NCBI GenBank assembly: GCA_963662335.2
Contig: CAXXVD010000003.1
Span: 64,001-128,000, forward strand
Source: Chloroflexota bacterium
GTDB lineage: Bacteria > Chloroflexota > UBA11872 > VXOZ01
Direction: 5' to 3'
DNA length: 64,000 nt
A program made the translations under genes and the position numbers. Shown here one piece after another: positions 51,685-63,586 of the stretch. Within the stretch, counting starts at the first letter, position 1; each line of letters opens with the position of its first letter. The notes below the pieces were generated by a model that was not told where the DNA came from, did no database searches, and worked only from the letters and a program-made list of their open reading frames with translations.

Positions 51685-52077
51685 ATGGCAGACGACACGA
51701 TCTTCATCGAAGGGATGCGCGCAGCGGCGCGGGTTGGCGTAACGGCGGCGGAGCGCGAGACTTCCCAGGTGTTGCATTTCGACCTGGAGTTGCGCTGCGA
51801 CCTGCGCCGCGCCGGCGCAAGCGACAACATCGAGGATACGCTCGACTACGCGGCGGTCTACGAGCAGGTTGTCACCGTGGCGGCAGACACCCGCTGCGCG
51901 CTGCTGGAACACCTGGCGTCCCGCATCGCCCACGCGCTCCTCAGCGCCTTTCCCATGTGCGCACAGGTGCGCGTGCGCATCGGCAAACCGGCGCTCTTTC
52001 CCGCCACGGGACGTTCCGGTATGCCGGGCGTGGAGATCACCCGCTCCCGCGCCGAACACGGTACGGGCGGGCCGTAG
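51685..52077 (+). CDS. folB: Dihydroneopterin aldolase
   Basis: GV...ER...Q, SD.IEDTLDY, LLEHLA, V.I.KP. Confidence 0.9.
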   Translation: MADDTIFIEGMRAAARVGVTAAERETSQVLHFDLELRCDLRRAGASDNIEDTLDYAAVYEQVVTVAADTRCALLEHLASRIAHALLSAFPMCAQVRVRIGKPALFPATGRSGMPGVEITRSRAEHGTGGP

Positions 52078-52122
52078 CGAGCGGCAGCGCGCCCGCCCAA
52101 CCGCTGTGTGGCAAGCGGCTCG

Positions 52123-52827
52123 TTATTCCGCGCCGAGTATCCCATCCAGCACGCGCTGGAAATCCGCCACCGGATGCCCGCCCCGGAATACTTCCACGAT
52201 CCGGAGGTCCGCATCCAGGAAATAGGTCGTGGGGAACGATTGGATGTCGTAGGCGGGACCAACCTGCACGTCCGGGTCGAAGAGGAGCGGATACGTCACG
52301 CCGAATTCTTCTTGGAACCACGTCAGGTCGTCCACTGTGATGGGCTTCTTGCCCTCCTCGTAGTCCGGGCCGCGGTAGTCCTTGCCGTAGGGTGTGGCGC
52401 TGACGCTGATCACGTGCACCCGTTCGCCGTACTGCGCATGAATCTGCACCAGGCGCGGCGCTTCATCCTGGCAGTGCGGGCACCAGGGGGCCATGAAGGC
52501 GATCAGCACCGGCTTGCCTGCCAGCGATTCCAGGCTCACCGTATTACCGTCGGTGTCCTGCAGCGAGAAGCCGGGGGCGATCGCGCCCACTGCCAGCGAC
52601 CCGGCCGGTTGCGCTTGGTCCGTATTTGCCGACGACTTGCCCGCGTCCTCAGCCGCCGCGCCGCTATCGGCAGGCGCCGGCGACCCGACCAGGCCGGGCA
52701 AGACGGTGGGCACCACCAGCGCCAACACGCCCAGCACCACCACTACCGGAATGATCCACTTGCGCCAGGCGCTGCCCAGCCTCTGTCCGCCTTGATTCCT
52801 GCGCCGCTTTCCCTTTGCTCGCGCCAT
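52123..52827 (-). CDS. Membrane-anchored TlpA/ResA-like thiol-disulfide oxidoreductase
   Basis: N-terminal TM helix, APGFSL, WCPHC, FPTTYFLD. Confidence 0.88.
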   Translation of the reverse strand: MARAKGKRRRNQGGQRLGSAWRKWIIPVVVVLGVLALVVPTVLPGLVGSPAPADSGAAAEDAGKSSANTDQAQPAGSLAVGAIAPGFSLQDTDGNTVSLESLAGKPVLIAFMAPWCPHCQDEAPRLVQIHAQYGERVHVISVSATPYGKDYRGPDYEEGKKPITVDDLTWFQEEFGVTYPLLFDPDVQVGPAYDIQSFPTTYFLDADLRIVEVFRGGHPVADFQRVLDGILGAE

Positions 52828-53052
52828 GGGGCCGCTCTCTCACCTTTCACTGCTTGCCACATCTACTATTCGGAAACGTCGTCGGCGGCCGAATGCGCCG
52901 CCGCCAATTGCGCCCGCCGCCACCCGCCTTGCTTCCCTCACTCTCGCATGTTGCCGCAGCGGGCGGGCGCTGTCAATTGAGGCCGGCGCGCGCTGTCCAT
53001 CGAAGCCGGCGCGTGCCTTCAGTCCTCTTACCGTCGCAGTATTGCCTTCCCT

Positions 53053-53128
53053 GTCATTCCGAGCGCAGCGAGGAATCTAGGATGTGCCCGCGCACGAGAT
53101 TCTTCGTCGCTGCGCTCCTCAGAATGAC
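53053..53128. repeat. REP-C inverted pair
   Basis: GTCATTCCGAGCGCAGCGAGGAATCT ... AGATTCTTCGTCGCTGCGCTCCTCAGAATGAC; similar pair at 60841-60909. Confidence 0.8.
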
Positions 53129-53170
53129 ATTCAAGAAACGCATTTTGGGCAGGCGGCGGCAGAGCGGCAT

Positions 53171-55669
<2,499 letters not shown>

Positions 55670-55769
55670 GTGCTCTCCTTGCGGTCGGAACAGGCGCTGG
55701 GACACGCTAATCTTCGTTCGCCCGGGGCACGCCGCCGGGTGAACGGCTAACGAAACGGGCGGCCTGCTC

Positions 55770-56065
55770 TCCGTTCGCCCGGCTGGGGACGCCCTCTCTC
55801 CGCTCGTACTTCGACAAGCTCAGCACGAACGGAGAGGTCACTGGGTTGTCGGTTGCGGGAGCCCTACTTCCCGTTCGCCCTGAGCTTGTCGAAGGGTGAA
55901 CGGAGAGGTCGCTGGATTGCCGGTTGCGGGCGCCCTTCTCTCCGTTCGTACTTCGACAAGCTCAGCACGAACGGAGAGAAGGGCAAGTGAATCCCTCTCG
56001 TGTGAAACATTGGTTCGAGAACCGCGCCAATGCGGTCGGAGGCGGGGGACAAGCCCCCGCGCTAC
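55770..56065. repeat. REP-E cluster (3-4 copies) and REP-A
   Basis: CTTCGACAAGCTCAGCACGAACGG twice; CCGTTCGCCCTGAGCTTGTCGAAGGG; REP-A at 56042-56065. Confidence 0.8.
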
Positions 56066-56066
56066 G

Positions 56067-56576
56067 CTACCCGGCGTCCGGCGCAGCGTAGTCGCCGCTT
56101 TGGCCGCCGCTCTTCGCAAGCAGGCGCACGTTCTCGATGCGCATGTCCCTATCCACGGCCTTGCACATGTCGTAGATGGTGAGCGCGGCGACGCTCACCG
56201 CCGTGAGCGCTTCCATTTCCACGCCGGTCTTGCCGGTAGTGCGCACCGTGGCCCGGATGCGGACGCAACTCTCGCTTTCGTCCAGGTCGAAGTCCAGGTC
56301 CACGCCGCTCAGCGGCAGCGGATGGCACATGGGGATGAGCTGCCAGGTGGACTTGGCCGCCATGACGCCGGCCACTTGCGCCACCGCCAGCACGTTGCCC
56401 TTGCGCAGCGGGCCGTCCTCAGCCGGCGGCGCCGTTTGCTGTTGCCGGATGAGCGCCAGTGTCTCCGGCAGCATCACGACCGCGCCTTGGGCGGTGGCTG
56501 TGCGGGCCGTATCCGGCTTCTGCCCCACGTCTACCATGCGCGGCAAACCGGAGCGGTTGAAGTGCGTAAATGACAC
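56067..56576 (-). CDS. moaC: Cyclic pyranopterin monophosphate synthase
   Basis: MVDV..K, LIPMCHP, TGVEMEALT, IYDMCKAVD, KSGG. Confidence 0.96.
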   Translation of the reverse strand: MSFTHFNRSGLPRMVDVGQKPDTARTATAQGAVVMLPETLALIRQQQTAPPAEDGPLRKGNVLAVAQVAGVMAAKSTWQLIPMCHPLPLSGVDLDFDLDESESCVRIRATVRTTGKTGVEMEALTAVSVAALTIYDMCKAVDRDMRIENVRLLAKSGGQSGDYAAPDAG

Positions 56577-56684
56577 GGCCAGAAGCGCCTCGATGCCTGT
56601 TGCGGGGGGCTATTTCCATTATAGCATTTTGCGGCCCGGCGCGCCGCGCGTTGGCGGACAAATGGGCGGCCGCGCGGGCGTCTT

Positions 56685-57824
56685 TCAATAGATGCCCGGG
56701 AAGATGCGGTACTTCACCCGCGCCTGGTACTTTGCCCAATTTTCCGCGCCGTACTTCTCGAGGCACGCCTCTTCGTCGTCACGCTGGTGCATGATGACGT
56801 AAGACGTCATGAAGGCAAGGTAAGTCCACGCCCAGGGGTTGGCGAAGTGGCCAAAGAGCAGGGCGACGGCGAGGGCAATGACCACCTCGCCCATGTAGTT
56901 GAAGTGCCGCGCCGGGCCCCAGAAGCCGTTGCAGAGGATCTTGCGGTCGCCGGCCGCGATGTACTCCGGCGCGATGATCCCAAGGAACTTGCGCTCCGGC
57001 CAGCGCTTGAAGGTGTACTTCTGCATGTTGCCGCCGCGGGAGATGCCCCAGCCGAGCCAGAGCAGCGCCGCCGCGCCGCCAAGCAGGACGTACGTCCACG
57101 GCGCCGAGATCTCCGGGCGCGGCTGCGCAGCCATGCCCCACATCGGCAGCACGTACAGCCAGCCCCAGATGATGAGCGTGCCCCAAAACAGCTTGAAGCC
57201 CAGCTTCTCATGCATCAAGTCGAAGGTGTAGAGCTGGACCCGCTCGAAGATGAAGTAGTCCGCGATGTAGAACGTCATGAACGCCGCATAGAGGAACACG
57301 CCCGGATTGGAGTCCGCGCCGTAGAGGCCGTAGTGATACGCCGCGCCGGAAAGCGCGTTGAGCGCCAACATCGTCCCGCCGACGACGTAGAGGTACATCT
57401 TCACGTCGAAGCGGCTGTTGAAGAATGACAACTCCCGCGCCCGCCCCAGCCAAAAGGCCGCCAGCGGATTCTCAACCTCGTCTTGCGGCCGGGTGAACAC
57501 CGCTGCGACCGCCAAGACTACCGCAACCACCGTGCCGCCGGCCACCGCGTAGACCGTGGCTCGGTAGAACCAATCGCGCTCCAACCCGGCAGGCTCCAGC
57601 GCCCACACGATTAGGGCGATGCCGAACACCAGAATGCCGTTCAGCCGGTAGTCGCGGGGCGCGCCGGTCTGCGAATCGATGACGTAGCCGGGCACGCGCC
57701 GGCCCGGCAGGATGGTCTGCGCCAGGAAGATCGCGGCGAAGATCAGCAGCGGGGTGGCAAAGCCCCACAGCGCTTCCGCGCCGGAAAGCTCGAACAGGTG
57801 GCCGATTCCCAGCCATTCGGTCAT
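56685..57824 (-). CDS. ERG4/ERG24 family sterol reductase-like membrane protein
   Basis: YRLNG, D..HEKLGF, N.QKY.FK, GFWG.ARH.NY.GE, RDDEE.C..KYG..W..Y...V.YRI.PGIY. Confidence 0.85.
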   Translation of the reverse strand: MTEWLGIGHLFELSGAEALWGFATPLLIFAAIFLAQTILPGRRVPGYVIDSQTGAPRDYRLNGILVFGIALIVWALEPAGLERDWFYRATVYAVAGGTVVAVVLAVAAVFTRPQDEVENPLAAFWLGRARELSFFNSRFDVKMYLYVVGGTMLALNALSGAAYHYGLYGADSNPGVFLYAAFMTFYIADYFIFERVQLYTFDLMHEKLGFKLFWGTLIIWGWLYVLPMWGMAAQPRPEISAPWTYVLLGGAAALLWLGWGISRGGNMQKYTFKRWPERKFLGIIAPEYIAAGDRKILCNGFWGPARHFNYMGEVVIALAVALLFGHFANPWAWTYLAFMTSYVIMHQRDDEEACLEKYGAENWAKYQARVKYRIFPGIY

Positions 57825-58074
57825 GACCGCACACCGCTTTCTATCGTGGCTCCGAGACTACGGGCAGCAAACATTCACGTCAATACAGAGTATGACGCAC
57901 GCGGCACGAGGCGTCAACGCGCTTGCCGGGCGCCGCCGCTGCCTTCGCGGAAATTGCGCCTCTGGTACACTGCCATGCGGCGGGCGCCGTCCCCTGCGCG
58001 GGACACGCCGCCACGCTACAATAGGGTCGATTGTGGCGGCAATTGCAAGCGGCCCCGCATGAGGAACGGCCTAC

Positions 58075-58809
58075 ATGATCATCGACGCCCACGTGCACGT
58101 CAAAGGCGGCGACACGTACCGCCGCGAACTGGACCCGGACGACACCGTCCGCTACATGGACCAGGCGGGCGTGGACAAGTCGTGCGTCTTCAGCATCTGC
58201 CTGCCCAGCCGCGAGTCGAACGAGATGACGCGCCGCGCCGTCACCGGCCGCGAAGACCGGCTCATACCGTTCGCCCACATGGTGCCGGAAGAGGGGTCGG
58301 TGGGCATGGACGCCGTGCGCCGCGCGGTTGAAGACTGGGGCTTTCGCGGCCTCAAGCTGCACTTTGGCGAGGTGCAAGGCGAGATTACCGACGATCTTTT
58401 CCTCCCTATCCTCGAACTCGGAGCCGGTTACGAAATTCCGATACTGCTCTGCTGCGCCCACCGGCCGGAGTTTCCCGACCGTTGGGCGGACGCCGTGCCG
58501 CAGGCCAAACTCATCATTCCCCACCTGGGCTCCAGCCGCGACCAGCAGATGAACTGGCGCTTCTTCGACGTAGCCAAGCGGCACGACAACGTCTGGCTCG
58601 ACACGTCGTTCACCAGCGGCCCCTGGATGATCCGCGAGGCGTACCACGCCCTGGGCGCGGACAAGCTGATCTGGGGCTCCGACGGCGGCGGCGACTACAA
58701 CCCGCCCCTGCCCGAAATGGCCAAGGTGCGGGTCTGGGAGTTTCCGCAGGCGGACTACGCGCGCATCATGGGCGGCAACATCCTGCAACTGCTCGGCGGC
58801 ACGGCGTAG
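58075..58809 (+). CDS. Amidohydrolase family 2 protein
   Basis: IIDAHVH, FRGLKLH, IIPHLG, VWLDTS, WGSD. Confidence 0.9.
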   Translation: MIIDAHVHVKGGDTYRRELDPDDTVRYMDQAGVDKSCVFSICLPSRESNEMTRRAVTGREDRLIPFAHMVPEEGSVGMDAVRRAVEDWGFRGLKLHFGEVQGEITDDLFLPILELGAGYEIPILLCCAHRPEFPDRWADAVPQAKLIIPHLGSSRDQQMNWRFFDVAKRHDNVWLDTSFTSGPWMIREAYHALGADKLIWGSDGGGDYNPPLPEMAKVRVWEFPQADYARIMGGNILQLLGGTA

Positions 58810-58977
58810 CCGCCAGCCGCCGGTCTCTGTCGTTTCTCCCTTTCCCGGGAAAGAGCAACGGCGCCGTCTCATTCCCTCTCCTGGAAAATAGGCACCGCGC
58901 CGCAGCATCCTCTTTCCTGGTGAAGAGGAGCGGCGCCGTATCATTCTTTCGCCTGGGTAGAGAGTTAAGGTGAGGGG

Positions 58978-59137
58978 TAATGGTGACGCATTAACGTAGC
59001 GCGGGGGCTTGTCCCCCGCCAGAGCAGAAAGAAAAGCACACGCAAAGGATTGACCCCACAGCCTCGCAGGTTGCAAACCTGCGCCAGGGAAATCAGGCAT
59101 GGTGTAGTTCCTCATTATGTTTAATGCGACAGCATTA
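58978..59137. mobile_element. MITE copy 3 (160 bp) with 17-bp TIRs and a 10-bp target duplication
   Basis: TAATGGTGACGCATTAA at 58978-58994 and TTAATGCGACAGCATTA at 59121-59137; AGGTGAGGGG at 58968-58977 and 59138-59147. Confidence 0.8.
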
Positions 59138-59378
59138 AGGTGAGGGGGAAGCAGGCTGCTCTCCGGCGGCAGGCCGGCCTTCAAGTCGAAATTCTCAAAA
59201 ACAGTGCGTATAGTGGTTTACAGCAACTGTTTTATTGTGCTATCATAACGACATAGACCAATAATCAAGTGTAAGCAGGCAAGGAGGTGTGGATTAATCT
59301 ACGGATTTAGTTTAGTATAGAGGCGTAGATTTCCGTCATGGGCAATCTACGCTTGGCAATCGCAGAAAGGGTTTCCAC

Positions 59379-59864
59379 ATGACTGAGATAAACCAGGCCT
59401 CCCCGGGGGGCGGCGCAGAGTCGCTGCCGGTGGACTTGGAAGCCTGCGTGATGCGGCTGGAAACCGCGGTCTTCAAAGGCATGTCTGAGGAAGTGGAGCC
59501 CTACGACCTGACCCACGTGGAGTTTTCCCTGCTAAGAGCGTGCATGAGGAGGCAGGAGTGCACTGCGACGGAGCTTGCCAGAGTGCTGCCTGTGGACGCT
59601 TCCCGCATTAGCCGCGTCGTGAATACGCTGGTCAACCTCGGACTGCTGCAGCGGCGGCGGCTGCGCAGCGACCGGCGCACCGTTATGCTCACGCTCACCG
59701 ATGAGGGTACCGAACTGACCACCCGTCTGCACGAGCGCATGCAAGAGTACTACGCCACCCTGGTAGCGGGCATCAGCGCGGATGACCTCCGTATCCTGGA
59801 GGACGCTACCTCCAGGATCCTCGCCAACTATGACGCCATCAGAGAGTCCCCGCGCGCCCCGTAG
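59379..59864 (+). CDS. MarR family transcriptional regulator
   Basis: ELA..L..D.S.ISR.V..L...GL, DRR.V.L.LT.EG. Confidence 0.92.
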   Translation: MTEINQASPGGGAESLPVDLEACVMRLETAVFKGMSEEVEPYDLTHVEFSLLRACMRRQECTATELARVLPVDASRISRVVNTLVNLGLLQRRRLRSDRRTVMLTLTDEGTELTTRLHERMQEYYATLVAGISADDLRILEDATSRILANYDAIRESPRAP

Positions 59865-59877
59865 CCGCTAGTGAGCG

Positions 59878-60717
59878 CTAGCCATTGCCGGGCCCTAAGG
59901 GCTTGCTGGCAACGGCCTCGCCAAACGCGAGGCCGGCAAAGGCGCTGCTATCGTCCTTCCACCGCTCGTACGCGTCGTGTATGCGGTCGCAGAGTTCCCG
60001 GGTTGTGGCGCCGTACTTAATGGCCGCCTCCACGATTTCGGGCGACAGGAACCACTGATTGGCAAAGGCGTGTATGAACGCCACGTCGCGGGGCGTGCTG
60101 TAGATATCGAACGTGCCGGTGATCCGGACGTTCTCGAACCCGGCCGCCAGGACGTGGCCTTTCAATTCCCTTCCCATCTGCGGGTGGGCGTCGTCAGCCT
60201 CCAGCAGGTCTTCGAACATCTGCCAGGAATTCTCCAAGACGCCGAAGTCGGGATGCGTGAACGAGGACGCGCAGATCATCTCCCGGCAGGCCAGGAGGCC
60301 GCCGGGTTTCAAGACGCGCTTCACCTCCGCCAGGACGGCGCCGGTATCCGGTATGTGCATCAGCACGTTGTGGCAGTGCGCAATATCGAAGAAACCATCC
60401 GGGAACGGCATCTCCACGACGTCGCTCACGTGGAACGCGGCGTTCTCCTGCCCGTTCATCTTGGCGACGGTCCGCGCCAGTTCGACCTGCGACTCCTCCA
60501 TGTCGACGCCGTGCAGTTCGCCGGGGTCTATGGCTTTGGCAAGGCCCACCGATATGGTGCCCGGACCGCAACCAAAGTCGAGCACGCGCAAACCGGGCCT
60601 GAGATGCGGTAAGAGATACGCGGCATTGGAAAAGACGGTGTACCGCCTGAGCGCGTCCAGCATCTCATCGCTAAAACCCATCGTATAGTCGGGAGTCGCT
60701 GACAGTTCCTCAGACAT
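59878..60717 (-). CDS. Class I SAM-dependent methyltransferase
   Basis: VLDFGCGPG, PFPD..FD, RVLKPGG; AAGGAG RBS. Confidence 0.9.
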   Translation of the reverse strand: MSEELSATPDYTMGFSDEMLDALRRYTVFSNAAYLLPHLRPGLRVLDFGCGPGTISVGLAKAIDPGELHGVDMEESQVELARTVAKMNGQENAAFHVSDVVEMPFPDGFFDIAHCHNVLMHIPDTGAVLAEVKRVLKPGGLLACREMICASSFTHPDFGVLENSWQMFEDLLEADDAHPQMGRELKGHVLAAGFENVRITGTFDIYSTPRDVAFIHAFANQWFLSPEIVEAAIKYGATTRELCDRIHDAYERWKDDSSAFAGLAFGEAVASKPLGPGNG

Positions 60718-60935
60718 CACTGTAAGCTCCTTTTCAATTGTTGAATCGCCATTATAGATAGCACTGCCCGAAGAATCAAGACTGTTCAAAGCCGGAAGTA
60801 GTCGCTTTGGGCTTGCTCTCGCCGCTGAGGTAGGTTTCACGTCATTCCGAGCGCAGCGAGGAATCTCGCATTCGTCAATTCGAGACTTTTCGTCGCTGCG
60901 CTCCTCAGACCGGTCCTGCGCGCAGCCGCTTGCCC

Positions 60936-62153
60936 TCAGTCTGCTGCGCTAGCGACCACCGTGTCGTCCGCGACGTGCAGGACGTGGGCCGCGTCCACCA
61001 CGTCCGGTGTGAACTGCTGGAGATCGGAGGTGGTGGCGAACGCTTGGACGTTGGGCGCGAGCGACGCGAGGACGTGCTGGCGGCGTTCGGCGTCGAGTTC
61101 GGAAAGGAAGTCGTCCAGCAGAATCACCGGCCACTCGCCGGATTCGGCGTGCAGCAGGCTGATCTCGGTGAGTTTGAGGGTGAGGGCCGCCAGGCGCTGC
61201 TCGCCGCGCGAGCCGTAGGCCGCCAGCGGATGGCCGCCGCGCAGGAAAGTGAGATCGTCCCGGTGCGGGCCGACGACGGTCACGGCCTGCGCCTGTTCCC
61301 GCGCCGCCTGCTCGTCGAGAGCGGCGCTAAAGCCCGCCTGAATCTCCGTTTGCCACGTCGGGGACAACGCGCTAATGCGGAGCGCCTCGGCGGGAGGCAT
61401 AGTCTCAGGCGCCGGCACGCTCGATTCGTAGCGCAACTGTAAGCCTGCGCTGCGCGGGCCCAGGTCGCCGTCTGTTCCCGTGAGCGCCGCATAGCAGGCG
61501 GCCAGGGGTTCCGCCACGTGGGCCGTGTAGGCCGTGCGGAGCGCAATCACCGGCGCGCCGAAGGCTGTAAGCTCTTGGTTCCAGGCTTCAAGCTGCCGCC
61601 GGTCGCGGGTGGCGCCTTCGCGCAGCGCGCGCAGCAGGGCGTTGCGCTCGGCCATCACGTGCTCGTAGCTCTGCAAGGCGCGGAGGTAGCTGGGATCGAT
61701 GCGGCTGAGCAAGTAGTCCAGGTAGCGGCGGCGCGTGCTCGGCGACCCGTCCACCAGGGCAATGTCGTGGGGCGTAAAGAGCACCACGTGCAGGTGCTGC
61801 AAGAGGCTGGAGGCGCGGCGGGGCGCGCCGCCGACGCGGATGCGCTTGCTGAAGCCGGCTTCTTGCTCCTGTTCGGCAGCCCAGATTACCTCCAGGGCGG
61901 TCTCGTGGTCGCCGGCCGCCACCTCGCCGGCCACCCGCGTGTAGGGGCGGGCCGGGTCGGGGTCGATGCTGCGCAATTCCGCCTCGGCGCGGGCGCGGTA
62001 GGAGCGGCCGGTGGCCAGGCAGTGGATCGCCTCGAGGATATTCGACTTGCCGGCGCCGTTCGCCCCGCTGAAGATCGTCAGCCCTGGCGAGAGCGCAAGT
62101 GCAACGGCGCGGTAGTTGCGGAAGTTAGTGAGCGAGAGTGCGGTGAGATACAC
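60936..62153 (-). CDS. recF: DNA replication and repair protein RecF
   Basis: NFRNY, GANGAGKSN.LEAI, GPHRDD, SRGEQR, LLDDFLSELD. Confidence 0.95.
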   Translation of the reverse strand: MYLTALSLTNFRNYRAVALALSPGLTIFSGANGAGKSNILEAIHCLATGRSYRARAEAELRSIDPDPARPYTRVAGEVAAGDHETALEVIWAAEQEQEAGFSKRIRVGGAPRRASSLLQHLHVVLFTPHDIALVDGSPSTRRRYLDYLLSRIDPSYLRALQSYEHVMAERNALLRALREGATRDRRQLEAWNQELTAFGAPVIALRTAYTAHVAEPLAACYAALTGTDGDLGPRSAGLQLRYESSVPAPETMPPAEALRISALSPTWQTEIQAGFSAALDEQAAREQAQAVTVVGPHRDDLTFLRGGHPLAAYGSRGEQRLAALTLKLTEISLLHAESGEWPVILLDDFLSELDAERRQHVLASLAPNVQAFATTSDLQQFTPDVVDAAHVLHVADDTVVASAAD

Positions 62154-62193
62154 GGGTGCGTCCTTTTGGCCCGCCGCCGGCGCACAGGCCGCG

Positions 62194-62209
62194 TGTTTCA
62201 CGTGAAACA
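62194..62209. promoter_or_regulatory. parS centromere-like site
   Basis: Exact palindrome TGTTTCACGTGAAACA. Confidence 0.92.
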
Positions 62210-62307
62210 CGCAACGCGGCCGGCGCGGCAGTTGCCGAAGTTGGTGCGCAACAGCGTGGCGAGAGGCACAGAGCGTCCTTGTGGCCGCTGCCTAGCGCGC
62301 GGGGCAG

Positions 62308-62323
62308 TGTTTCACGTGAAACA
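62308..62323. promoter_or_regulatory. parS centromere-like site
   Basis: Exact palindrome TGTTTCACGTGAAACA. Confidence 0.92.
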
Positions 62324-62361
62324 TGCGGCGCTCGTGGCGCAGCCGCGAGCGCGCGGGCGGG

Positions 62362-63291
62362 TCAGCCCTCGCGCCACGGCGGCACGTCCCACGTGTTCAC
62401 CCATTCCCACTGCCACTCCACCTGCTTCTCCGGCAGCGTGACCGCATATTCCACGCCGGCCGTGAATGGCAGCACCTGCGTCCGTGCGCCCACCTTGCCG
62501 CGAATGTACTCGATGAACGCGCCTACGTCACTCGCGTTTGGCGGCCAGTGTCCTTCCGGCACCGGGTCCGACTTGCGGTCGGTGCGGTAGTGCACCGGAA
62601 TCAAGGCGCGCGGCCGGATGTAGTCCACGAAGTCCTCGAGTTCGGTGGATTGCTCCGCCGCGCTCGTCGGTATCAGGCCGAGTTTCATGTGAATGGCGAA
62701 GTCCACCCGGCCGCGCAACGCCCGCATTGCCGGATAGGCGGCCCAGGCGTCGCCAATGTGCAGGAACGAAACGTCCAACGCCTTGTGGGTAACGAGAAAA
62801 CCGAGATTCGGCAGGTCGGGCCGCTGGTTTTCGCCGCTCTCGATGGTCTCCACGCGCAACGGCCCCAGGTCGAGTTCGTCCGGACCGGGAAACTCCCGCG
62901 CGTGCGCCGTGCCCGCCCACGGCCGGCCGCGCTGCATTTCGTTCTGGTGCTTGGGATACATCACCTGTATCTTGTCGGCCGGCACGTGCTTGGTGATCGG
63001 CAGGTCGCGGGCAAACGCCGCGTCGCCGTACTTCTCGTCGATCGGCTCGTCCGGCCACAAAGCGCCCGGCGGCACGAAGAGCGTCTTGAAGCGCTCGCCC
63101 TGGCACAGCTTGCGCAACGTCTTGGGATGGCAGTGGTCGAAGTGCTCGTGGCTGATGAAGATGTAGTCGTAGATGGGTTGGGCGTTCTCCAGATTCTCGC
63201 CAAAGAGATACGGATCGAAGGCAACGTTCACGTCGCCAAAGCGCACGTCGAACGCGCCACAGCCCCACCAACGCAGCCAAATGCGTGCCAT
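62362..63291 (-). CDS. MBL-fold metallo-hydrolase (UlaG-like)
   Basis: FDPY, SHEHFDH (HxHxDH), HIGD, IPVHY. Confidence 0.88.
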   Translation of the reverse strand: MARIWLRWWGCGAFDVRFGDVNVAFDPYLFGENLENAQPIYDYIFISHEHFDHCHPKTLRKLCQGERFKTLFVPPGALWPDEPIDEKYGDAAFARDLPITKHVPADKIQVMYPKHQNEMQRGRPWAGTAHAREFPGPDELDLGPLRVETIESGENQRPDLPNLGFLVTHKALDVSFLHIGDAWAAYPAMRALRGRVDFAIHMKLGLIPTSAAEQSTELEDFVDYIRPRALIPVHYRTDRKSDPVPEGHWPPNASDVGAFIEYIRGKVGARTQVLPFTAGVEYAVTLPEKQVEWQWEWVNTWDVPPWREG

Positions 63292-63586
63292 GGATTCTCG
63301 TCTACCTTCGTCTGCTCGCGACCCCTAAAATGCTCGCCCATGCGGAAGTAATGGCCTCAGGCCCCCAGGGTCCGCTCTCCCTATCATACTGGCTTGAACG
63401 CTCGCGCGCCGCGCGGAACCGGGCCGGCGGTTGAATTCCTGCGGGGAAAGCACGGCTGAACGGCGCAAGCGACGGCTGCGGAGTGGGATTGCCTCTGCCG
63501 ACCTGCGAGCAATTGCGGGAGATTGCAGCCCCGTGACGGCATTAGGCTGCCCCTTGCGTGCCAACCATTTCGCATCGCCGGAATGC

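Noticed and set aside
55994-56018. Possible third parS (..GTGAAACA) or LexA box (AAAC-N4-GTTC) upstream of gyrA
   Set aside because: About 5 mismatches to parS; only one good LexA half-site, and no such box seen before uvrC or the radical SAM gene
62154-62210. N-terminal extension MFHVKH of RecF in the ORF track
   Set aside because: It is the translation of the parS palindrome; RecF homology starts at GTG 62153
63292-63586. Possible riboswitch or ncRNA in a 295-bp intergenic region
   Set aside because: No recognisable conserved motif or terminator; would need an Rfam search
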